A stretch of DNA of 32,000 nucleotides from Promethearchaeum syntrophicum (GTDB lineage Archaea; Asgardarchaeota; Lokiarchaeia; Sigyniarchaeales; Promethearchaeaceae). Location: the NCBI RefSeq assembly GCF_008000775.2, contig NZ_CP042905.2:1650001-1682000 (forward strand). Reading direction: 5' to 3'. A program made the position numbers and the translations under genes. Shown here one piece after another: positions 25,296 through 32,000 of this stretch (positions are counted from its first letter, which is position 1; each line of letters begins with the position of its first letter). The notes under the pieces were generated by a model, which saw nothing but the letters and a program-made list of their open reading frames with translations, searched no databases and was not told the DNA's origin.

Positions 25296-26651
25296 CTAAA
25301 TCTCTCTAAGATCGATAATTTCGCGCATTTTATTAAGGATATCAATCCCTTTATTTGTAATTATACACTTTTTTGTGTTGCCGACTTCTTGAAATTTAAT
25401 TAAACCATCTTGATTTAATGAGTCTAAATGGTGATAAATAGATTGAATTGTTTTCTTCTTACCTAAACTAGCCCAAATAGCATATCCATGAGTAGTATTT
25501 TTATTTTCCGCAATAATATTAAGAATTTCAAACCTTCGAGTGGAAGTTTCTGAAAGACCCCAAACGGTTTTCTTTAAATTTCTCATCCGGAATGCAAATT
25601 TGTTTAAAGCATTCAACCCAGAACCAGTTAAAATGGCAACAGTTTTTTGAGGATTAATGTCTTTTGGTGTTAAGTTTTTTGCTGCGGATATAACTGAAGC
25701 AGACGCGGGTTCAATAAACAATCCCTCCTTCATTGCTACTTCAGAAGCATCCTTTATCATATCTAAAGCATCTATTGAGATTTCTTTTCCATGAGTTTTT
25801 TTTATAATCTTTTTTATTTGATTTATTAGAGGAGGAGCTTTCATTTCTAATGATTCAGCAAAATGAGAACTTGACGAACTTTTCAAAGACACTGCAAAAA
25901 TTTTAGGAAATTTACTTATCCAACCTGATTCAATAGCGTCTTCAAAGCCTCGATAAATTGAAAGTAATAAGGTTCCAGATCCACGTGGAATGATAACATT
26001 ATCAATATCTTTTAATTGTAAAATTAATTCTAACCCTATTGTTTTTTGGCCTTCGATGGTAAGTAAATTATCATTTGGTATTGGAAAATACCCCTTTTTT
26101 TCTAAAGTATAGTTTTTGGCCGATTTTATGGCTTCATCTAAATTTTTATTCGTGTCGATAATTTTTGTTCCATACATCTTCAATTGTTCAATTTTCGAAA
26201 GATCTAAGTTTCCCGGAATAAAAGTAGTTGATTTTAGTGCTGCTTGGCTTGCATACGCCGCTAAGCTTATGCTAAATGATCCAGTGCTTGCTCCAATTAT
26301 TTCCTTACTTTTCTTTGATAATGCATCGGAAACTATCAGAGAACTGGCCCTATCTCGGAATGAACTAGTGGGATTTCTGAATTCTAACTTAATATTTACG
26401 TCTTTAATTTCAGGAATATTTCTAATTTGGATTATCGGTGTATTTCCCTCAACTAATGAAGCGATTTCTGAAAATTTTGGGAGAAATGGGTTTAATGACC
26501 ACATTGATTTTAAGTTAATTTTGCTTTTTTGTGGACCTTTTATGGGTTGGATTGAAATTAAGTTATTACAGTGAGGACACCATAAAAAAGGTTCATTAAA
26601 TTCTTGTCCACACTCATTACATGTTGGCTTTTTCACCCATTGTAATTCCAT
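25296..26651 (-). CDS. Threonine-synthase-like PLP-fold protein (PLP Lys replaced by Arg) with N-terminal zinc ribbon and C-terminal winged-helix domain
   Basis: CNECG...CPHCN zinc ribbon, then ThrC-family blocks: LVEGNTPI, EFRNPTSSFRDRAS (family consensus NPTgSFKDR; Arg codon CGA at 26355..26357), GASTGSFSISLAAYA, EGQKT. The C-terminal ~80 aa RRFEILNIIAENKNTTHGYAIWASLGKKKTIQSIYHHLDSLNQDGLIKFQE look like a PadR/ArsR-type wHTH. The start is set at the ATG at 26651 (the track's TTG is at 26678). Confidence 0.75.
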   Translation of the reverse strand: MELQWVKKPTCNECGQEFNEPFLWCPHCNNLISIQPIKGPQKSKINLKSMWSLNPFLPKFSEIASLVEGNTPIIQIRNIPEIKDVNIKLEFRNPTSSFRDRASSLIVSDALSKKSKEIIGASTGSFSISLAAYASQAALKSTTFIPGNLDLSKIEQLKMYGTKIIDTNKNLDEAIKSAKNYTLEKKGYFPIPNDNLLTIEGQKTIGLELILQLKDIDNVIIPRGSGTLLLSIYRGFEDAIESGWISKFPKIFAVSLKSSSSSHFAESLEMKAPPLINQIKKIIKKTHGKEISIDALDMIKDASEVAMKEGLFIEPASASVISAAKNLTPKDINPQKTVAILTGSGLNALNKFAFRMRNLKKTVWGLSETSTRRFEILNIIAENKNTTHGYAIWASLGKKKTIQSIYHHLDSLNQDGLIKFQEVGNTKKCIITNKGIDILNKMREIIDLREI

Positions 26652-26697
26652 TATAAATCCCTCCTCTATTATAATCAATGCTCTTGCATTATAAAAA

Positions 26698-27645
26698 TTA
26701 AGGCGTCATGAAAATTACGAATGCAATTCCAATTGTTATAAACACAACACCAATCAAAGATCTCCAACTAATTTTTTCATTATTAAAAATGTAATCAAGA
26801 GGGATCGCGATTAATGGCGCAGCTGTTGAAAAAAGTGACATAATGGTGGCTCCTGCTGTTCGAGCTGCTTCTGTATAAAGATAAGCTCCAAGACTAGTTC
26901 CAATTATTGACCCTATAAGTAACCATCCCCATGCTCTTTTGCTTTTTTTTACTGAAATTTTTCCATCTGAATGCTTTACCATTCCCATAAGAATTATAAA
27001 AGCAAACGGAAATCGAACAACATTGGCTAAAACTGAGCTTGTTTCTTGAACTCCAGTAATGATAGTTATTTCATTTACTGAATAATCAATAATAACTAAT
27101 CCTATTGCCCATGCTATAGAAGCAATAAAAGCTAACAATATAGCTCGCCATGATTTTTTATTTTGTTCATTTTCCGTATATTTATTAATTTCTAAATTAC
27201 TAGCAATATTTTTTGCATTTCTCACTCCACTATTAATGAGAATAACACCTATACTGATAAAAATGAAGGAAATAATAATTATATAATTAAATTCATCATC
27301 TAAAAAGATAATCGAAAGAATATATGTAAATAAAGGGAAAGTCAAGGCAATTGCTATTGTTTGAGTAACACCTAATTCTTTTTGGGCCATAAAATAAGCA
27401 GTATCGCCCACAACTTGTCCAAATATGAAGGATAATATCAACCATACCCATAATATTATTGGAAATTGAAAAATTAGCGGAAAAACTCCAGAAATTGCTG
27501 CAACAATCCAAAATGTTATGATACCGATAAAAGTACGAACAGCATTGATATAAGTAGGGGAAACCTCACCTTCGACCCTACGAAATATTATATTTGAACT
27601 CACAAACGTTAGAACAGCTAAAAAGGCTAATATCCATCCTTGCAT
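26698..27645 (-). CDS. DMT-superfamily (EamA-like) transporter
   Basis: 315 aa with about 10 TM segments in two similar halves separated by a polar loop (NAKNIASNLEINKYTENEQNKK), the architecture of EamA/RhaT-type permeases. It lies 19 nt upstream of the ThrC-like/wHTH gene on the same strand. Confidence 0.65.
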   Translation of the reverse strand: MQGWILAFLAVLTFVSSNIIFRRVEGEVSPTYINAVRTFIGIITFWIVAAISGVFPLIFQFPIILWVWLILSFIFGQVVGDTAYFMAQKELGVTQTIAIALTFPLFTYILSIIFLDDEFNYIIIISFIFISIGVILINSGVRNAKNIASNLEINKYTENEQNKKSWRAILLAFIASIAWAIGLVIIDYSVNEITIITGVQETSSVLANVVRFPFAFIILMGMVKHSDGKISVKKSKRAWGWLLIGSIIGTSLGAYLYTEAARTAGATIMSLFSTAAPLIAIPLDYIFNNEKISWRSLIGVVFITIGIAFVIFMTP

Positions 27646-27794
27646 ATCTCTTTGAAACCTTTCTCCAAAAAAAAGGCTTCTTTTTCATGATATTATTTCA
27701 ATGTCAAAATTTATAACGAAAAAATCAGATCTATATATTGTTCTATATATAGAAATGAAGCTTTAAGTTCTTTGGGCGTTATTTACAACCTATT

Positions 27795-28700
27795 ATGTCC
27801 TTGGATAAATTTACTACAAAAATCAAAGAAATAAATCGTGAGACGGCATTTATATTAGTTTTCGTTTCATATTACCTTGCAATTGTATCGGCTATTGGTC
27901 TTGGATATCTTCTTAGAGATCTAAATCCAATTTTAATGATATTTCTGGTTGATATTTTAGCCACTTTGATAATTTTTATAATTAGTACAGTTTTTAGAAA
28001 CGCTAGTTTTTATGATCCTTTTTGGAGTTTTATCCCAATTGTAATTGCTCTTTATTTATTGTTTACTTCCTCTGATTTAGTTAATACTGTTCGTCAATAT
28101 ATTGTGGTGTTGATGGTCTGTCTTTGGGGTTTACGATTAACATGGAACTGGGTTCGTCAGTGGAGAGGTATAAATCATGAAGATTGGAGATATGTGAATT
28201 TCAGGAAAAAGTATGTTAAATCTTTTTGGTTTATAAATTTAACGGGTATTCAACTTATGCCGACAATTCTTGTGTTTTTTGGATGTTTGTCTCTATTTCC
28301 AGCTTTAAATTCAGGAACAAACAATTTTCAATTTCTTGATTATATTGCTTTAATTATTACATTGGGAGCAATAATTCTAGAAACATTTGCCGATTTTCAA
28401 ATGAAAAATTTCATGAAAACCAGAAAAGATCCGCAATTGATTATGGATAAGGGATTGTGGGGTAAATCGCGGCATCCGAATTATTTAGGTGAGATGTTAT
28501 TTTGGTGGGGGTTGTATTTATTCGGTGTAAGTGCCGATCCTCAATATTGGTGGGTGATATTTGGACCAATCGCGATTACAATATTATTCCTATTTATAAG
28601 TATCCCTATGATGGAAAAACGCCAAGAACACAAATCTGAATATAAAAACTATAAATTACGAGTTCGAAAATTGATTCCAAGATTTTCTTTTTCTTCTTGA
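27795..28700 (+). CDS. DUF1295 / steroid 5-alpha-reductase-like membrane protein
   Basis: 301 aa, polytopic. GLWGKSRHPNYLGEMLFWWGLYL matches the sRHPNYfGE signature shared by the DUF1295, steroid-reductase and ICMT-like membrane enzyme families. Confidence 0.75.
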   Translation: MSLDKFTTKIKEINRETAFILVFVSYYLAIVSAIGLGYLLRDLNPILMIFLVDILATLIIFIISTVFRNASFYDPFWSFIPIVIALYLLFTSSDLVNTVRQYIVVLMVCLWGLRLTWNWVRQWRGINHEDWRYVNFRKKYVKSFWFINLTGIQLMPTILVFFGCLSLFPALNSGTNNFQFLDYIALIITLGAIILETFADFQMKNFMKTRKDPQLIMDKGLWGKSRHPNYLGEMLFWWGLYLFGVSADPQYWWVIFGPIAITILFLFISIPMMEKRQEHKSEYKNYKLRVRKLIPRFSFSS

Positions 28701-28844
28701 TAACATGAATAAAATAGAACAAATCTTTGGATTTTTTACATTCTCTAATATCTGATAATTACTATGAAAATTATTTGAAAATCTTTTTTATAGCCAATAA
28801 ATTTGTAGAAATTAACTATATTTTCTTAGAACGGTTCAATTAAT

Positions 28845-29318
28845 ATGTCAGAAAACACTCGCGCCTCTTTAGTAAAGAAAAAAATGGGCTTCAATCAAAT
28901 GAGGAATACCATTTATTGGTTACAAAGAGTAATGAAGCAATATGATCTACCAGAAAGCCAAATCGAAAAGAGATTATTAAGTATGGGAAGAAATATTGGT
29001 GCGAGTTTTTCTAAGGAATATATTCCAAATTCAAAAGATCCAAGTGATTTGATTAAGGAACTTTACAAAATTACCCTTAGAAGTAAAGTGAAAACTGAGC
29101 AAGATTTTGATTTCTTAACAGTCACTGATAATAATAGTGCATTATGCAAGTATCAGTATAAAGATATCCAGACTCCCGGATGTAATGTGGTTATTGGGAT
29201 GATTAGTGAAATATTAGAGCGAAATGGGATTAAAGTAAAAGAAATGGAAATAAATGCTTGTAAATCTCATGGAGATCCTTACTGTAAACATTCATATAAG
29301 GTAGTTAGGAGTGAATAA
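28845..29318 (+). CDS. V4R-domain protein (TRAPP/Bet3-fold related)
   Basis: 157 aa. The C-terminal half ALCKYQYKDIQTPGCNVVIGMISEILERNGIKVKEMEINACKSHGDPYCKHSYKV fits the V4R pattern C...G...G.l......v.v.E..C...Gd..C. Confidence 0.7.
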   Translation: MSENTRASLVKKKMGFNQMRNTIYWLQRVMKQYDLPESQIEKRLLSMGRNIGASFSKEYIPNSKDPSDLIKELYKITLRSKVKTEQDFDFLTVTDNNSALCKYQYKDIQTPGCNVVIGMISEILERNGIKVKEMEINACKSHGDPYCKHSYKVVRSE

Positions 29319-29324
29319 AACCAA

Positions 29325-30797
29325 ATGAGCAGTACTTTTAAATGGTTAGTCTTTAAAGCAGCTTCAGCTGTTGCTCGCAATACTTCTTCATTATTTTATC
29401 AATTAATATATCGTGAAATTTATCGTGAAATACTCCTTTTAACTGACGATTATAGTAAAACTATGGAAATCGCTTATTTTATTGGGTATAAAGCAGCTAA
29501 AGAGAGTGCCTTAAGACAAATTCCTGTTTTTCGTTTATTTCCTTCAGATGCTACAAAATTATTAGATTATTTTCCATTAATCTGGCAGATAAATTTTGGA
29601 GTGTCCTTAACTGAATATACCAGAGAATGGGATTATTCTGATCCTAATAAACCCGTACATTATTACATTATAAAAGATAATCCGTTAAATTATGGAATGG
29701 GACCCGAATCGCCAAGAGATCCTGATAGGGATAATTTAATTTGGAGCGAATTAACAGACGGAACTAATAATTATGGGGCAATTATGGTAGGACTTCTAAC
29801 ATCCGTCATAAGTTTCATACTAAAAATTAAAAATTCTGATAAAAGAATAATAATTACAAATCCTGAGAGTATAATTCAAGGAGGAAATGCGTATACTCTA
29901 AAATTTGCAATAATTCCAAAGGAAGAATTTCCATTTCCAGAAGAAGAGGATCACACATCTGATGGATTATTTGATAACATTGATCTCGGAATTGAAATGG
30001 GCGAAAAAGAGAAAAAAACCGATTTTTGGAAAAAAATTACTGATTATATAAATATTGAACAATTGGATGATATTTTTAGTAGCGATACAGGACTCTTGCG
30101 TACCATTTTAAGCAAGGGAATCGAAAAAGCAACCCATATGCCTGCTCTTGATTTTATGGATCATTTTACAAATGATGAAGAAAAAGTAATTCAGATCATA
30201 GGTTATATCGGAGTTCATCTTGTGAACGAATATGGCCAATTTCTTGATAAATTAATGGAAAAAGAAAATACATCAAAGGTAATCGGCCATATGTTCTTAT
30301 TTATTAAAGAAAATATCGAAAAATTTGTCCCCGTTTCAACAATTGGAGAAATTAAAAATTACTTTGCTGAAGTATTTGAAGAAATGGCTCCTGCGGTTTT
30401 TGTGGAAAATTTACGTAATATTCCATCAGAAGATGTTGTGCAATTAATACTTCAAGGTATGCAAAAAGCTTTAATTGATATTGGAGTAGATTTCTCTGCC
30501 TTAAAGGAATCTATTAAAGATGAGTTTAAAAAATCCGAAGAAGAGAAAATTGATAAAGCTTTAGTTGAATCTGCCTCTGAAAAAGAGAGAAAAGAACAAA
30601 AAAATCAATTAATGGAGGAATTTTTAAAGGAATTTATGATTGTTTCAACAGCTTTAATTACTCTTCCTTCCCAAATAGCTATAGTTGTGCTCTATAATAC
30701 TATTTCTGGGTCATCTGAAATATTTTCAAATCTTTTTAATAGTCTAAAGGATAGTATTCAAAAAATTGTGGATCTTTTCGAAGAACTAAAAGAATAA
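29325..30797 (+). CDS. Hypothetical protein; the N-terminal ~200 aa possibly have a V4R/TRAPP(Bet3)-like fold, followed by an acidic coiled-coil-rich extension
   Basis: 490 aa, starting 6 nt after the V4R gene. By eye, YYIIKDNPLNYGMG and NYGAIMVGLLTSVISFILKIKNSDKRIIITNPESIIQGGNAYTLKFAI resemble the 'f.l..eNPL' and 'y.n.l.G.l.g.l......v........G....i.f' blocks of Bet3-family TRAPP subunits. The C-terminal half is E/K-rich, with one hydrophobic stretch FMIVSTALITLPSQIAIVVLY. Confidence 0.5.
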   Translation: MSSTFKWLVFKAASAVARNTSSLFYQLIYREIYREILLLTDDYSKTMEIAYFIGYKAAKESALRQIPVFRLFPSDATKLLDYFPLIWQINFGVSLTEYTREWDYSDPNKPVHYYIIKDNPLNYGMGPESPRDPDRDNLIWSELTDGTNNYGAIMVGLLTSVISFILKIKNSDKRIIITNPESIIQGGNAYTLKFAIIPKEEFPFPEEEDHTSDGLFDNIDLGIEMGEKEKKTDFWKKITDYINIEQLDDIFSSDTGLLRTILSKGIEKATHMPALDFMDHFTNDEEKVIQIIGYIGVHLVNEYGQFLDKLMEKENTSKVIGHMFLFIKENIEKFVPVSTIGEIKNYFAEVFEEMAPAVFVENLRNIPSEDVVQLILQGMQKALIDIGVDFSALKESIKDEFKKSEEEKIDKALVESASEKERKEQKNQLMEEFLKEFMIVSTALITLPSQIAIVVLYNTISGSSEIFSNLFNSLKDSIQKIVDLFEELKE

Positions 30798-30841
30798 TTC
30801 CGTTCCACAATATTTTTTTTGTTTGTTTCATTTTTCAAATC

Positions 30842-31024
30842 ATGTCTTCAAAAGAATATCGTGAATTAGCTGAACAAATAAGGATCAAAAGACAGTTACC
30901 TTATACAATATCAATAGAAAAAATTGATGGAGATACGATTACAACTCACAATATTTGGGGAAATACCGTTATTTACAAGGAATTAAAGGATGGAGATTTT
31001 GAAATCCTACAATACTCTGATTAA
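30842..31024 (+). CDS. Small hypothetical protein
   Basis: 60-aa ORF with an ATG start in an otherwise empty gap. No motif recognised. Confidence 0.3.
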   Translation: MSSKEYRELAEQIRIKRQLPYTISIEKIDGDTITTHNIWGNTVIYKELKDGDFEILQYSD

Positions 31025-31052
31025 TTTTTAAACTAACTATTTTACGATTTTT

Positions 31053-31922
31053 TTACGATTTAATGAAATTCATTGCTTTCTTAATTTTTTCTAAGTCATC
31101 TGCGTTAATTTCTGGAAATTCTTGGTTAATTTTGTCGATATAACTGTCTGGAATTCTCCTAAATTTGTATATTATGAATCCAAGAATAAATAAGAAACAA
31201 CTAGGGAGAAAAAATAGTACAAAAAATGAGAAACCAGTAATATAAATAAATTCTGCAGAATTGATTGCATCTCCAGGTAGTAAAAGTTTTATTTTCCAAA
31301 TGCTCCATTGTGAGTAGGTGATAAGTAAAGAATCCACTAGATATAAACTAATAAGAAATAGCATTGAAAAAATTAAAAAGAATTGAATTTTAATAAGTGA
31401 TTTCTTATCGATACCAAAAAATCTTTCAAATTTTTTATATCTTTCATTTGCACTATCTTTAATAACTAAATTCATACGCGAGTTTATCAAAATCAAAGAT
31501 GATAATAAAAACCAAGTCATCAAAAAGATCAAAATAAGTAGAATTGTATACCAAATTCCATAGTTTTGCATTAAATGCGGATTATTCTTCGAATCCAAAC
31601 CAAATAATCCAATAATTAATATTTGGATAAATGAGGATCCAAATAATATTAGAGAAGGTAGTGAATCATTGCTAAATAAGTGAAATTTTAAACTATAATT
31701 AGAAATTTTCATCTGGTAATGTTGTAAATCATTGTAAATTAAGAAAAAGAACAGTCCAACAATTGTAAATAACGGATACAAAAATAATAAAATAGAGTTC
31801 CAATTTTGATTGTAAACTATTAGAAGTTCTATAAGTAAAACCAAGAACACACTTAATAACCATTTATTGGTTAATATTTTAGAAATCGGTTTATTTGTAT
31901 CTAATTCACCTAATTCATCCAT
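31053..31922 (-). CDS. Hypothetical polytopic membrane protein
   Basis: 289 aa with about 7 hydrophobic segments and no recognisable motif. Confidence 0.5.
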   Translation of the reverse strand: MDELGELDTNKPISKILTNKWLLSVFLVLLIELLIVYNQNWNSILLFLYPLFTIVGLFFFLIYNDLQHYQMKISNYSLKFHLFSNDSLPSLILFGSSFIQILIIGLFGLDSKNNPHLMQNYGIWYTILLILIFLMTWFLLSSLILINSRMNLVIKDSANERYKKFERFFGIDKKSLIKIQFFLIFSMLFLISLYLVDSLLITYSQWSIWKIKLLLPGDAINSAEFIYITGFSFFVLFFLPSCFLFILGFIIYKFRRIPDSYIDKINQEFPEINADDLEKIKKAMNFIKS

Positions 31923-32000
31923 TATAACGTAAATATAACGGGTTAAAAATAAATTTTTTCAATCTTTTTTAATTTTAATTCTAATTTCTATTAAGCCATT

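Noticed and set aside
1190-27511. Short ORFs in the track that overlap longer genes: 1190..1396, 1369..1674, 1446..1646, 7666..7917, 11530..11730, 14827..15054, 15511..15702, 16066..16290, 18602..18886, 20688..20885, 23647..23856, 23746..23961, 24354..24596, 26116..26574, 27296..27511.
   Set aside because: Each lies antisense to, or out of frame within, a longer ORF with clear family motifs. Their translations are low-complexity (F/I/L/S-rich), as expected for shadow frames of AT-rich coding DNA.
29409-29432. Tandem 12-nt duplication TATCGTGAAAT(T/A) giving YREIYREI in the 490-aa protein.
   Set aside because: It is a single in-frame duplication inside a CDS, most simply a slippage event. There is no evidence of a larger repeat array.
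1-32000. Scan for CRISPR arrays, rRNA/tRNA genes, inteins and IS elements.
   Set aside because: I saw no regularly spaced repeats, no GC-rich cloverleaf-like segments, and no homing-endonuclease or transposase motifs. The scan was by eye only, so tRNAscan-SE/Infernal should confirm it.

Overview
This is a strongly AT-rich, densely coding archaeal chromosomal window with no rRNA, tRNA, CRISPR array, transposase or integrase that I could see. Gene content fits an Asgard (Loki/Promethearchaeia-like) genome; that placement is inferred from gene content, not searched. Housekeeping genes: cysE-cysK, a lipoylation operon (two radical-SAM genes flanking an LplA/LipM-family gene), a TldD/PmbA pair, thioredoxin, a bacterial/eukaryotic-type triosephosphate isomerase, a divergent Orc1/Cdc6 paralog, transporters and a DUF1295 membrane enzyme. 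Interspersed are eukaryote-signature-like genes: a roadblock/LC7 protein with a long acidic tail, a translationally coupled tandem pair of about 300-aa Rag/Gtr-like GTPases, and a tandem V4R/TRAPP(Bet3)-like pair. The strongest hunt result is a gene absent from the ORF track at 16325..16627 (+). It is a 100-codon HesB/IscA-like reading frame interrupted by one in-frame TGA (motif Q-G-U-C-G) and followed by a nested 3'-UTR hairpin with SECIS-like features, so it is a candidate selenoprotein, divergent from thioredoxin. Other items worth follow-up: a SIR2(NADase-type)-TPR single-protein candidate immune sensor beside a decayed JAB/MPN (JAMM-motif) gene; a threonine-synthase-like protein whose PLP lysine is replaced by Arg, fused to a C-terminal winged helix and sitting behind an EamA exporter; a TldD/PmbA pair in which neither member has an intact HExxxH; an Orc1/Cdc6 paralog with degenerate Walker A/B; and a TPI with an 8-residue insertion replacing the GTG tip of catalytic loop 6. 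All family assignments come from motif recognition by eye, with no database search.
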